In this document: piece by piece, positions 32,573-45,614 of the stretch
Layout: every line of letters begins with the position of its first letter
Numbering within the stretch: position 1 is the first letter of the stretch
Assembly (NCBI GenBank): GCA_977862235.1
Contig: OZ374559.1
Span: 2,914,001-2,978,000, forward strand
From: Dudresnaya verticillata
Lineage: Eukaryota
DNA: 64,000 bases
Direction: 5' to 3'
Notes under the pieces: model-generated
Told to the model about the DNA's origin: nothing
The model's database searches: none
The model's input: only the letters and a program-made list of their open reading frames with translations
Position numbers and translations under genes: made by a program

Positions 32573-33451
32573 TTAACGGTTGGGCTCTCTCCCCTCCGTT
32601 CTTGACCTTTTGTGTTTAGAAACGTATAGTCTCCTCATCAGCTCAACTTCTGATCCTCGCAAGTGTGGAAGACGAAGGCAGGATGGAAACAGCCGTGGAG
32701 GAGCTCTCCGCGAAGATGGTTCGAGACTTTTGGACCGCTGAAGATATTCATGCCTGCGGAAAAGATTATCATTGCTTCTTGTACGTCTTACTCTTTTCGA
32801 CTCTGGGTTGATAGATATCGTGAGGACAGAAAGACCCTGAAGGGCCGCATGTTTCCTTGGAATCCTAACGTTTGGGCATTCGCGCTCTATTAGAGCGTTC
32901 AGTTCGTAAAGCTCATCGATGATATCGGAACGTGGGTTCTTTCCCCTGGCAGCACGTGCCGATGCATAGTCCGCAAAAGAATTGGATAAGAACACGATCC
33001 CTTCATACCCGAAACGCCTGCATTGTTCAAGGACCTCGTTGCAAAGATGCAGAGGGCAGAATGGCATAAAAAGAATAGCACAAGTTCCCGCCGGAGGGGT
33101 CCTCATTCTGTTGGAGCAAGCGGGAACAACATTGAACCCTGCTCGTTGCGCGACTTGGATATCGTCCTGTTTGAATACCGGATCAGTGATCGTGCAAACA
33201 GAAAGTTGTCCCAGCATTTCTTTGACCAACAACGCACAAGCAAACTGAACCAACGAATTCTGAGCAGCGACGAACGAGCCGATTCCAAGACACTGGAGAG
33301 AGTATGGCCTTCTTCCTGCCTTGGCATGCTGGAGGTCGCGTTTGAGAATCGCCCACCAGCCTGATTTGCGAAGCTCTCGTTTGACTTCTTCGAGGCGCCT
33401 CGCAGTTCTTGTCGCCGTGGCTGACATGTGCCGAGGGTCAGTGCCCTTCAT
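32573..33451 (-). CDS. SRR1-domain protein; unit 4
   Basis: Protein identical to unit 1. Confidence 0.8.
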   Translation of the reverse strand: MKGTDPRHMSATATRTARRLEEVKRELRKSGWWAILKRDLQHAKAGRRPYSLQCLGIGSFVAAQNSLVQFACALLVKEMLGQLSVCTITDPVFKQDDIQVAQRAGFNVVPACSNRMRTPPAGTCAILFMPFCPLHLCNEVLEQCRRFGYEGIVFLSNSFADYASARAARGKNPRSDIIDELYELNALIERECPNVRIPRKHAALQGLSVLTISINPESKRVRRTRSNDNLFRRHEYLQRSKSLEPSSRRAPPRLFPSCLRLPHLRGSEVELMRRLYVSKHKRSRTEGREPNR

Positions 33452-35170
33452 TTCTGAATGTGTAGCGTGAACGGGGTGGTGATTTGGCAAGGCAAGAATT
33501 GACAATGTGCTCTACACAGGGCCGCGGCGTGGAAAGGTTGTAGGTGGGAGCAGTACGCAACTCGGAGTTCAGTGCAGATACGATAAATAGGTCGGGCGGG
33601 AACGCTCAGAGGGCGGTAAAATGCACTCGCAAGTTGCGTTTCGCGCCAAATACCGCCCAGAATTTCTCCACATGCCATTCTTAATAGTTTGTGAGATATT
33701 CCGAATGAGCAGCGAAGCAGCCTCCCAAGAATATTCTCCTCACTTAACGTAGCAAGTTCCAAGACGTCTTGATCACTGAATACAACGCCACGACCAAAGT
33801 GCTTCTACGCTGGACTGACAATAGTGTTAGTGGATAGAAAGCCCCCCTTAACTTGTTTCAGTTAGCATTAGTCGTCGCAATTATCCCATATCCCGTCTGA
33901 TGCGTTCTAGTGCTTTACCCCTCTCCCCTGTCCAGTCCACAGTCTCTCTTTCTAAATAAAGGTTGGTTCTAAAGGCATCTCTCTTCTAAATGAGATGGCC
34001 GAATCGAAGATGTGAGTTTATTGCAGTGGACGGGAGAGTGACGTCATGTATAATCACCTGATTATCTGCACCAAGAGGTGTGCAATGAAGTGATCCAGCC
34101 ACAGGAATCTCTTTTGAGGATGCTTACGGTACCTCGAACACCTCATTGTGACACTGAAAATCTTTACCTTTTCAACTCTGCACCGTCAAGAAGCCCACGA
34201 ATGTTGACAAGCAATCTCGAAAGCAACGGCTCAGTTTATTCCCAATAACAGTAGAAACAGACTCGTAAATAAGGCGAGTCTCTTAATGGGTGGGGAAGAT
34301 GCCGTTCTCCGCAGCGATGAAGTTCGCTAGTCGGTTTCCCTCCACTGTCAAAAGGGATAAGTGACTTTCATAATCTCAATAAATGGGTACAAGCTTCGCA
34401 AAACCTGATGCGCGTATAGTTCAAAGCGGCGACAAAATGGCTCGCAATGTGGCTATCACCATCGGGGGAAGTTCGAAGGGAATTTCGTACAGACGAAGAG
34501 AGTGATGGCCTGGTTCAGCTCGAGAGCCTGCATGGGGTGGAAATCGCCAGGAGCAGGTGAATATAAATGTTTACTCAACTTTAGAGTGTTTAGAGTGTAC
34601 TCGCCTCGTCCAGGAGCAGGTCGACGGGACAACCGAGTAGGGCCCTGAAATGAGTTTAGGTCACTAATACCCGCACATGGGCCTTCAAGTCGCCCCGCCC
34701 GATCGGGACCACCTAAAACAACCATTAAAAGTTTACCATCACTAAGCTTCACTACTAGGTCAAAGCGGAAGCGATAGTTGTTTTTTTGGTAGTGAGCGTA
34801 ATCCACCAGGAGAGGAAAATCAAAAACAAAGGGAGCAGCCACTAAAGTAAACCGTCGCACTGGATCTGGTCTTGCTGGTAGTGACATATCCTATTAGTAA
34901 GATGGACATGCAGGCAGGATGAATCAATGGAGAAGTGTGGTTGATGTTTTAGAAGAGAATTTGTTGCTGGAAACATGGAGGTACTTTGTATGTAAGTTTG
35001 TAAAATGATGCATTACAACCTCGAGAGTAGGAAGATTTGAATAAAGGGATAAAGGGATGAAGTGCTTGAAAAGCATAAAACGTTTTATACATTCGTCTGC
35101 ATTTTTGCTTACTTTATACAATTAGTGGCACAAGCAAAGGATGTTCATGTTATGTATTACTGCAGCAAGA

Positions 35171-35662
35171 CTAAGGACCTCCAGTCTCTTCCAGAATCAG
35201 AATGGCAATCTTGATCGCGATTATCAAGATCTTCAAGACCAGAATCCAAGGGAACCGCACCGCCTTGGCCAACAGTTCCATCCTTCCCATATTCTTGTCC
35301 AAGGATGTGACCTGTACGAGCTGTCGGAAGGTGCCCTTTAGATCGCTGTTGACGCAAGAAATCGAGCTCTGCACAAGAGATTTCAATTGCACCACGCCCT
35401 TGGACATAAATGGTTCGCAGAAAGCATTCGACACAAAGGCAGACCGTCCAAACACTTGAATACAAAGCGAATGGAGCTCCTTCGTCATCCTTCCGTTCTT
35501 GTAGATTATGTGACACATACATCCTGAAGAATGGATCATGGTGTCGCTTGAGCACGTGTTACTGAGAGCATGAGAAACTTCGGAGATTGGCTTGAGACTG
35601 ACAGCTGTGCAGGTGCCAATGATGGTGCACAGGATAGATGAGATGAGGAAGGATTTCTTCAT
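35171..35662 (-). CDS. Secreted precursor B; unit 4
   Basis: Protein identical to unit 1. Confidence 0.88.
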   Translation of the reverse strand: MKKSFLISSILCTIIGTCTAVSLKPISEVSHALSNTCSSDTMIHSSGCMCHIIYKNGRMTKELHSLCIQVFGRSAFVSNAFCEPFMSKGVVQLKSLVQSSISCVNSDLKGTFRQLVQVTSLDKNMGRMELLAKAVRFPWILVLKILIIAIKIAILILEETGGP

Positions 35663-38086
35663 CTTGTTGGTTGCTGTAGATGAACCCCGAATGGCAGATT
35701 GTGCGTATACGGATTGCGTATAGCAGTTGGTTTGTGTAACACAGACTTGACTTCTGGTTAGCACGACTTGGTTATGTGTGGGTGATCTCGGATTCTTTAG
35801 CCGATTGTAGAGACGATTTGTTGTGTTGGAGAGTTGCTTGTTCGCGTCGATTGCTGTTGGTTTCTGATCCTGATTGCAACCCCGGGTTGGGCGTGCTCTG
35901 TGGTTTTTATAGAAGAGGATCAAATGTTACGCTTGCACATGGTAGCAAGCCCCTGAAACTCAGGATCTAGGTCTAATGCATTCGACTACAAACAAACGCC
36001 TTTACCGTTCGCTCGGAAAGACTCACTTGTGCCTATGATTGTCGGCATTCATAATCGTAGCCACAGGATGAAACAATATTGAAAGTGCTTGCGCCAACAA
36101 CAGGCTCCCTGCCTCACGTTTCACCTCGGCATCGCGCACAACGTTCACGTCTCCTTTTTTTGTTACAGCCGCCTCTCCTTCCGCCTCCCTACATCCTCCC
36201 CCTCTTTCTCGTTTGGCCTGCGTCGTGATGTTTTACTCTTTTACTGTGCCCGCTCGTGTCAGATCTGCCGATATTTGAGATCTTTCTGGGATACTGAGCG
36301 CAGGCAACACCGTTTCAGAGAATGTGACTATGATGGCACAATGATACATTGGCACGCGTCCAATTGCAGCAGTTTGCTCCATTTTGCATTGTATGAGTTC
36401 GAGTGAGCAGCAATACCATGTACCGTGTCTACCTTCTTCGGCCGGTACGGGCTCAATACTCTTCATAAACTATACGGCTGTGAAATGGCATCGTATTCAA
36501 ATCAAACAGCACCGTACTGAGAGTGTGATGTGCGGAAAGCGAGTGGGGCAGTCTCGAGTCTTTCGAGCACACAAGTCACACCTGATACCGTGGCGGTGTT
36601 TGCTGCTGTACAACTTGCACTGTGAGCTTTCTCATTTCTCATTTCAGCTGCAATACAACTTCGCGAAGGTGCCAACGTTCGTGAAGGGGCATACTGTGTG
36701 AATATTGTGATAGTGTGTAGAAAGTCGGAAGGGGCTTTTATCAGTTCGTTTTTATGCTGCACGAGCTTGCGAACCTCGTTGGAGGCAGCCGTGAGAGTAT
36801 AACAAAGCGAGTACTTTGACAAAGGTCGGTTTGATTCACGTCGTCGGATACATTGAAACTGTATGAAGTGCTTTGAAGGTTACGGAAACGTCAATAAGGC
36901 TTTGACTGTGCGGTAATGTGTGCCTGTGTGTGCTTTAGGTGCTCATATGTGCCATTCCGCTTTCTACGAGATGGTGGCTGAGCCAAGTGTTCCAAGGCCC
37001 CGGTCCACCTGCGGCTGTGCAAGTGGAGCAAGGCGTGACGGGAATGCAACATTCTGGAGCGAACAGGTGGCCTGGAGGCGGGCAACAAGAATATGCGGTC
37101 GTCCTTAGCAGCTCAGATGTGCAGAGATATAATGCAGTGAGATTGTGGTAATGTTATATTATTACTGTTACACCATTTGTTCCCTCTTTCCGGATTTATG
37201 TGTGGTCATAGCTTTGAAACGGCACAGCGTTCTAACAAGTGCAGGGAGCCTCGAGGTTAGAAAGGCCGCACATAGCGCATGATCGCATGATGGCTATTGA
37301 CTCTACCTGCAGCGTCCAAGTGAATTGGCGGCAGAACGCTTGCTGGCGGCGGTGACGGAGAACGTGCGGTAGCAGTTGAAGCTACGAGATTTGTGTAACG
37401 TGTCAAGACAAAAGGTTCAGCTGCTGTGAACTGCAGCTACGAATGCCAAAGGCTATCACCGCATATCACTGCGTGTACATACTTGGACCGTCCTGTTGGA
37501 ATATCTCGGAGATGTTTCCTAGTCTTTCACTCTTCCGCCGCACTCGTTGGCCGCTGGTGTTGTGCCTAAACTACCACCGCCAGTTGGCGTCGGGTGGGCG
37601 CTCGTTCCCCCTCTCATTTTACTAGAGCGAGTGGCGCGCAACGCTTCTTCCCCGAGGTACATCTCACAACTTTTCTGCGGCTGTGTGCGTCTGCTGTTAC
37701 GTTACGTTGGAACGGAACAAAGCGCTGTTCTGTTCTTGTTCTAGACTATAGTCGAGAATAGCCACATGCCATCGTGCTGTGTCACAGTGCGCCTCACAAA
37801 GTATGAAGTCAAGGTTTGCGAGGTCGTTGCGCCGAGATCGTGGCGATGCTGTATGAAGTTTACTTAAGGCTATATAAGTGCTGGGCGGCTCACCAAAGAC
37901 TCAAACCACCTAAATCATTGCGGTACTTCTGCACAGCAGCAAAGCACACTCTATTCACTCACACACACATTCACACAGCATACTTTCCATCTGCACCCGC
38001 ACCCTTCCAGAACAACTCCTCAACACATCAACACACCTTCTGTGCTACATTTCTATCCCGTTTACAAATCAACCCGCAACTCCAAC

Positions 38087-38617
38087 ATGAAGTTCACCAC
38101 CTCTTGTTTCGCAATTTTCTTGCTCATCGCTGTCTACGAGACGTCAGCTAAAGCTGCCTCCATTGTTTCCACACACGACGCCGTCCCTCAAAAAATAGAG
38201 CTCCATGGATCTCGCACCACAACTGGCGCATGCTCACACGACGACCTTCTTCAGACGGCAGGATGCATGTGCTACGTTGTACAATCAAAGGGGAAGATGA
38301 CACGAGAACTTTCTTCATTGTGCACTGAAGTATTCGGGCGGTCCATTTTCTATTCGGAAAAGTACTGCGAGCCGTTCATGACCGGTGGCATGACCCAGTA
38401 CATGTCATTAGTCAAGAGTGCAAATACCTGCCTCAGCACCAAACTCGCTGCATCACTCCGTCAACTGTCGCGTGGATCTAAACACGAGTCGACGTCTACG
38501 GCCTTGGAACCAGGGAACAAAATGGAGCTGGAAGCGAGCGTGGTTCGTAAGTTCCCATGGAAGCTAGTACTGAAGATCTTGAAGATTGCGATCGAAATTA
38601 TACTATTGTTCTTGTAG
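38087..38617 (+). CDS. Secreted precursor A; unit 5
   Basis: Protein identical to unit 1. Confidence 0.88.
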   Translation: MKFTTSCFAIFLLIAVYETSAKAASIVSTHDAVPQKIELHGSRTTTGACSHDDLLQTAGCMCYVVQSKGKMTRELSSLCTEVFGRSIFYSEKYCEPFMTGGMTQYMSLVKSANTCLSTKLAASLRQLSRGSKHESTSTALEPGNKMELEASVVRKFPWKLVLKILKIAIEIILLFL

Positions 38618-39093
38618 TGGAGTTGGCAGATGTGTCATTGTTATTGTATATTGTGTTTTCTGGTGGGACTGTGATGTAAAAAGAGAGAAACAGGTGTGTC
38701 GCTGGATAAAACAACTCTTTTTTGTTAGACCTTTAGGAAGCGGGTGAGATTTGTGCGTAGAAAGTAACCAAGGGAGAGAGGGAGAGAGCAGCATCCTTTT
38801 TGCTCAGAAGATTCACATTAATGTAGCCGCCCACTAGTTTGTGTCAACCGCCTTTCCCGAAGCCGCCTGTGGACGTCCACTGCCATTGTTTATACCTTTT
38901 GACTTGGCAACTTGGGCATGAAATTCTATTCCTATGTCTGGTCATCAATATGTATGGCCGAGTTTTCCTGTCCTTGACCTCAACCTCAACGCATTGCGAC
39001 CTTGCTGTCGAAAAAGGTACCTCCCCAGCCTCCGGGAAGCTTAATGTTACTCTCATCTGACTTCCTTAGCCCTTCAATGCGCGGCAGTTAATG

Positions 39094-39972
39094 TTAACGG
39101 TTGGGCTCTCTCCCCTCCGTTCTTGACCTTTTGTGTTTAGAAACGTATAGTCTCCTCATCAGCTCAACTTCTGATCCTCGCAAGTGTGGAAGACGAAGGC
39201 AGGATGGAAACAGCCGTGGAGGAGCTCTCCGCGAAGATGGTTCGAGACTTTTGGACCGCTGAAGATATTCATGCCTGCGGAAAAGATTATCATTGCTTCT
39301 TGTACGTCTTACTCTTTTCGACTCTGGGTTGATAGATATCGTGAGGACAGAAAGACCCTGAAGGGCCGCATGTTTCCTTGGAATCCTAACGTTTGGGCAT
39401 TCGCGCTCTATTAGAGCGTTCAGTTCGTAAAGCTCATCGATGATATCGGAACGTGGGTTCTTTCCCCTGGCAGCACGTGCCGATGCATAGTCCGCAAAAG
39501 AATTGGATAAGAACACGATCCCTTCATACCCGAAACGCCTGCATTGTTCAAGGACCTCGTTGCAAAGATGCAGAGGGCAGAATGGCATAAAAAGAATAGC
39601 ACAAGTTCCCGCCGGAGGGGTCCTCATTCTGTTGGAGCAAGCGGGAACAACATTGAACCCTGCTCGTTGCGCGACTTGGATATCGTCCTGTTTGAATACC
39701 GGATCAGTGATCGTGCAAACAGAAAGTTGTCCCAGCATTTCTTTGACCAACAACGCACAAGCAAACTGAACCAACGAATTCTGAGCAGCGACGAACGAGC
39801 CGATTCCAAGACACTGGAGAGAGTATGGCCTTCTTCCTGCCTTGGCATGCTGGAGGTCGCGTTTGAGAATCGCCCACCAGCCTGATTTGCGAAGCTCTCG
39901 TTTGACTTCTTCGAGGCGCCTCGCAGTTCTTGTCGCCGTGGCTGACATGTGCCGAGGGTCAGTGCCCTTCAT
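39094..39972 (-). CDS. SRR1-domain protein; unit 5
   Basis: Protein identical to unit 1. Confidence 0.8.
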   Translation of the reverse strand: MKGTDPRHMSATATRTARRLEEVKRELRKSGWWAILKRDLQHAKAGRRPYSLQCLGIGSFVAAQNSLVQFACALLVKEMLGQLSVCTITDPVFKQDDIQVAQRAGFNVVPACSNRMRTPPAGTCAILFMPFCPLHLCNEVLEQCRRFGYEGIVFLSNSFADYASARAARGKNPRSDIIDELYELNALIERECPNVRIPRKHAALQGLSVLTISINPESKRVRRTRSNDNLFRRHEYLQRSKSLEPSSRRAPPRLFPSCLRLPHLRGSEVELMRRLYVSKHKRSRTEGREPNR

Positions 39973-41691
39973 TTCTGAATGTGTAGCGTGAACGGGGTGG
40001 TGATTTGGCAAGGCAAGAATTGACAATGTGCTCTACACAGGGCCGCGGGGTGGAAAGGTTGTAGGTGGGAGCAGTACGCAACTCGGAGTTCAGTGCAGAT
40101 ACGATAAATAGGTCGGGCGGGAACGCTCAGAGGGCGGTAAAATGCACTCGCAAGTTGCGTTTCGCGCCAAATACCGCCCAGAATTTCTCCACATGCCATT
40201 CTTAATAGTTTGTGAGATATTCCGAATGAGCAGCGAAGCAGCCTCCCAAGAATATTCTCCTCACTTAACGTAGCAAGTTCCAAGACGTCTTGATCACTGA
40301 ATACAACGCCACGACCAAAGTGCTTCTACGCTGGACTGACAATAGTGTTAGTGGATAGAAAGCCCCCCTTAACTTGTTTCAGTTAGCATTAGTCGTCGCA
40401 ATTATCCCATATCCCGTCTGATGCGTTCTAGTGCTTTACCCCTCTCCCCTGTCCAGTCCACAGTCTCTCTTTCTAAATAAAGGTTGGTTCTAAAGGCATC
40501 TCTCTTCTAAATGAGATGGCCGAATCGAAGATGTGAGTTTATTGCAGTGGACGGGAGAGTGACGTCATGTATAATCACCTGATTATCTGCACCAAGAGGT
40601 GTGCAATGAAGTGATCCAGCCACAGGAATCTCTTTTGAGGATGCTTACGGTACCTCGAACACCTCATTGTGACACTGAAAATCTTTACCTTTTCAACTCT
40701 GCACCGTCAAGAAGCCCACGAATGTTGACAAGCAATCTCGAAAGCAACGGCTCAGTTTATTCCCAATAACAGTAGAAACAGACTCGTAAATAAGGCGAGT
40801 CTCTTAATGGGTGGGGAAGATGCCGTTCTCCGCAGCGATGAAGTTCGCTAGTCGGTTTCCCTCCACTGTCAAAAGGGATAAGTGACTTTCATAATCTCAA
40901 TAAATGGGTACAAGCTTCGCAAAACCTGATGCGCGTATAGTTCAAAGCGGCGACAAAATGGCTCGCAATGTGGCTATCACCATCGGGGGAAGTTCGAAGG
41001 GAATTTCGTACAGACGAAGAGAGTGATGGCCTGGTTCAGCTCGAGAGCCTGCATGGGGTGGAAATCGCCAGGAGCAGGTGAATATAAATGTTTACTCAAC
41101 TTTAGAGTGTTTAGAGTGTACTCGCCTCGTCCAGGAGCAGGTCGACGGGACAACCGAGTAGGGCCCTGAAATGAGTTTAGGTCACTAATACCCGCACATG
41201 GGCCTTCAAGTCGCCCCGCCCGATCGGGACCACCTAAAACAACCATTAAAAGTTTACCATCACTAAGCTTCACTACTAGGTCAAAGCGGAAGCGATAGTT
41301 GTTTTTTTGGTAGTGAGCGTAATCCACCAGGAGAGGAAAATCAAAAACAAAGGGAGCAGCCACTAAAGTAAACCGTCGCACTGGATCTGGTCTTGCTGGT
41401 AGTGACATATCCTATTAGTAAGATGGACATGCAGGCAGGATGAATCAATGGAGAAGTGTGGTTGATGTTTTAGAAGAGAATTTGTTGCTGGAAACATGGA
41501 GGTACTTTGTATGTAAGTTTGTAAAATGATGCATTACAACCTCGAGAGTAGGAAGATTTGAATAAAGGGATAAAGGGATGAAGTGCTTGAAAAGCATAAA
41601 ACGTTTTATACATTCGTCTGCATTTTTGCTTACTTTATACAATTAGTGGCACAAGCAAAGGATGTTCATGTTATGTATTACTGCAGCAAGA

Positions 41692-42183
41692 CTAAGGACC
41701 TCCAGTCTCTTCCAGAATCAGAATGGCAATCTTGATCGCGATTATCAAGATCTTCAAGACCAGAATCCAAGGGAACCGCACCGCCTTGGCCAACAGTTCC
41801 ATCCTTCCCATATTCTTGTCCAAGGATGTGACCTGTACGAGCTGTCGGAAGGTGCCCTTTAGATCGCTGTTGACGCAAGAAATCGAGCTCTGCACAAGAG
41901 ATTTCAATTGCACCACGCCCTTGGACATAAATGGTTCGCAGAAAGCATTCGACACAAAGGCAGACCGTCCAAACACTTGAATACAAAGCGAATGGAGCTC
42001 CTTCGTCATCCTTCCGTTCTTGTAGATTATGTGACACATACATCCTGAAGAATGGATCATGGTGTCGCTTGAGCACGTGTTACTGAGAGCATGAGAAACT
42101 TCGGAGATTGGCTTGAGACTGACAGCTGTGCAGGTGCCAATGATGGTGCACAGGATAGATGAGATGAGGAAGGATTTCTTCAT
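41692..42183 (-). CDS. Secreted precursor B; unit 5
   Basis: Protein identical to unit 1. Confidence 0.88.
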   Translation of the reverse strand: MKKSFLISSILCTIIGTCTAVSLKPISEVSHALSNTCSSDTMIHSSGCMCHIIYKNGRMTKELHSLCIQVFGRSAFVSNAFCEPFMSKGVVQLKSLVQSSISCVNSDLKGTFRQLVQVTSLDKNMGRMELLAKAVRFPWILVLKILIIAIKIAILILEETGGP

Positions 42184-44607
42184 CTTGTTGGTTGCTGTAG
42201 ATGAACCCCGAATGGCAGATTGTGCGTATACGGATTGCGTATAGCAGTTGGTTTGTGTAACACAGACTTGACTTCTGGTTAGCACGACTTGGTTATGTGT
42301 GGGTGATCTCGGATTCTTTAGCCGATTGTAGAGACGATTTGTTGTGTTGGAGAGTTGCTTGTTCGCGTCGATTGCTGTTGGTTTCTGATCCTGATTGCAA
42401 CCCCGGGTTGGGCGTGCTCTGTGGTTTTTATAGAAGAGGATCAAATGTTACGCTTGCACATGGTAGCAAGCCCCTGAAACTCAGGATCTAGGTCTAATGC
42501 ATTCGACTACAAACAAACGCCTTTACCGTTCGCTCGGAAAGACTCACTTGTGCCTATGATTGTCGGCATTCATAATCGTAGCCACAGGATGAAACAATAT
42601 TGAAAGTGCTTGCGCCAACAACAGGCTCCCTGCCTCACGTTTCACCTCGGCATCGCGCACAACGTTCACGTCTCCTTTTTTTGTTACAGCCGCCTCTCCT
42701 TCCGCCTCCCTACATCCTCCCCCTCTTTCTCGTTTGGCCTGCGTCGTGATGTTTTACTCTTTTACTGTGCCCGCTCGTGTCAGATCTGCCGATATTTGAG
42801 ATCTTTCTGGGATACTGAGCGCAGGCAACACCGTTTCAGAGAATGTGACTATGATGGCACAATGATACATTGGCACGCGTCCAATTGCAGCAGTTTGCTC
42901 CATTTTGCATTGTATGAGTTCGAGTGAGCAGCAATACCATGTACCGTGTCTACCTTCTTCGGCCGGTACGGGCTCAATACTCTTCATAAACTATACGGCT
43001 GTGAAATGGCATCGTATTCAAATCAAACAGCACCGTACTGAGAGTGTGATGTGCGGAAAGCGAGTGGGGCAGTCTCGAGTCTTTCGAGCACACAAGTCAC
43101 ACCTGATACCGTGGCGGTGTTTGCTGCTGTACAACTTGCACTGTGAGCTTTCTCATTTCTCATTTCAGCTGCAATACAACTTCGCGAAGGTGCCAACGTT
43201 CGTGAAGGGGCATACTGTGTGAATATTGTGATAGTGTGTAGAAAGTCGGAAGGGGCTTTTATCAGTTCGTTTTTATGCTGCACGAGCTTGCGAACCTCGT
43301 TGGAGGCAGCCGTGAGAGTATAACAAAGCGAGTACTTTGACAAAGGTCGGTTTGATTCACGTCGTCGGATACATTGAAACTGTATGAAGTGCTTTGAAGG
43401 TTACGGAAACGTCAATAAGGCTTTGACTGTGCGGTAATGTGTGCCTGTGTGTGCTTTAGGTGCTCATATGTGCCATTCCGCTTTCTACGAGATGGTGGCT
43501 GAGCCAAGTGTTCCAAGGCCCCGGTCCACCTGCGGCTGTGCAAGTGGAGCAAGGCGTGACGGGAATGCAACATTCTGGAGCGAACAGGTGGCCTGGAGGC
43601 GGGCAACAAGAATATGCGGTCGTCCTTAGCAGCTCAGATGTGCAGAGATATAATGCAGTGAGATTGTGGTAATGTTATATTATTACTGTTACACCATTTG
43701 TTCCCTCTTTCCGGATTTATGTGTGGTCATAGCTTTGAAACGGCACAGCGTTCTAACAAGTGCAGGGAGCCTCGAGGTTAGAAAGGCCGCACATAGCGCA
43801 TGATCGCATGATGGCTATTGACTCTACCTGCAGCGTCCAAGTGAATTGGCGGCAGAACGCTTGCTGGCGGCGGTGACGGAGAACGTGCGGTAGCAGTTGA
43901 AGCTACGAGATTTGTGTAACGTGTCAAGACAAAAGGTTCAGCTGCTGTGAACTGCAGCTACGAATGCCAAAGGCTATCACCGCATATCACTGCGTGTACA
44001 TACTTGGACCGTCCTGTTGGAATATCTCGGAGATGTTTCCTAGTCTTTCACTCTTCCGCCGCACTCGTTGGCCGCTGGTGTTGTGCCTAAACTACCACCG
44101 CCAGTTGGCGTCGGGTGGGCGCTCGTTCCCCCTCTCATTTTACTAGAGCGAGTGGCGCGCAACGCTTCTTCCCCGAGGTACATCTCACAACTTTTCTGCG
44201 GCTGTGTGCGTCTGCTGTTACGTTACGTTGGAACGGAACAAAGCGCTGTTCTGTTCTTGTTCTAGACTATAGTCGAGAATAGCCACATGCCATCGTGCTG
44301 TGTCACAGTGCGCCTCACAAAGTATGAAGTCAAGGTTTGCGAGGTCGTTGCGCCGAGATCGTGGCGATGCTGTATGAAGTTTACTTAAGGCTATATAAGT
44401 GCTGGGCGGCTCACCAAAGACTCAAACCACCTAAATCATTGCGGTACTTCTGCACAGCAGCAAAGCACACTCTATTCACTCACACACACATTCACACAGC
44501 ATACTTTCCATCTGCACCCGCACCCTTCCAGAACAACTCCTCAACACATCAACACACCTTCTGTGCTACATTTCTATCCCGTTTACAAATCAACCCGCAA
44601 CTCCAAC

Positions 44608-45138
44608 ATGAAGTTCACCACCTCTTGTTTCGCAATTTTCTTGCTCATCGCTGTCTACGAGACGTCAGCTAAAGCTGCCTCCATTGTTTCCACACACGAC
44701 GCCGTCCCTCAAAAAATAGAGCTCCATGGATCTCGCACCACAACTGGCGCATGCTCACACGACGACCTTCTTCAGACGGCAGGATGCATGTGCTACGTTG
44801 TACAATCAAAGGGGAAGATGACACGAGAACTTTCTTCATTGTGCACTGAAGTATTCGGGCGGTCCATTTTCTATTCGGAAAAGTACTGCGAGCCGTTCAT
44901 GACCGGTGGCATGACCCAGTACATGTCATTAGTCAAGAGTGCAAATACCTGCCTCAGCACCAAACTCGCTGCATCACTCCGTCAACTGTCGCGTGGATCT
45001 AAACACGAGTCGACGTCTACGGCCTTGGAACCAGGGAACAAAATGGAGCTGGAAGCGAGCGTGGTTCGTAAGTTCCCATGGAAGCTAGTACTGAAGATCT
45101 TGAAGATTGCGATCGAAATTATACTATTGTTCTTGTAG
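44608..45138 (+). CDS. Secreted precursor A; unit 6
   Basis: Protein identical to unit 1. Confidence 0.88.
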   Translation: MKFTTSCFAIFLLIAVYETSAKAASIVSTHDAVPQKIELHGSRTTTGACSHDDLLQTAGCMCYVVQSKGKMTRELSSLCTEVFGRSIFYSEKYCEPFMTGGMTQYMSLVKSANTCLSTKLAASLRQLSRGSKHESTSTALEPGNKMELEASVVRKFPWKLVLKILKIAIEIILLFL

Positions 45139-45614
45139 TGGAGTTGGCAGATGTGTCATTGTTATTGTATATTGTGTTTTCTGGTGGGACTGTGATGTAA
45201 AAAGAGAGAAACAGGTGTGTCGCTGGATAAAACAACTCTTTTTTGTTAGACCTTTAGGAAGCGGGTGAGATTTGTGCGTAGAAAGTAACCAAGGGAGAGA
45301 GGGAGAGAGCAGCATCCTTTTTGCTCAGAAGATTCACATTAATGTAGCCGCCCACTAGTTTGTGTCAACCGCCTTTCCCGAAGCCGCCTGTGGACGTCCA
45401 CTGCCATTGTTTATACCTTTTGACTTGGCAACTTGGGCATGAAATTCTATTCCTATGTCTGGTCATCAATATGTATGGCCGAGTTTTCCTGTCCTTGACC
45501 TCAACCTCAACGCATTGCGACCTTGCTGTCGAAAAAGGTACCTCCCCAGCCTCCGGGAAGCTTAATGTTACTCTCATCTGACTTCCTTAGCCCTTCAATG
45601 CGCGGCAGTTAATG

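Noticed and set aside
36105..36109. Empty units as products of element excision
   Set aside because: LTR-LTR recombination would leave a solo LTR and a duplicated TSD. A single CTCCC indicates the pre-insertion state.
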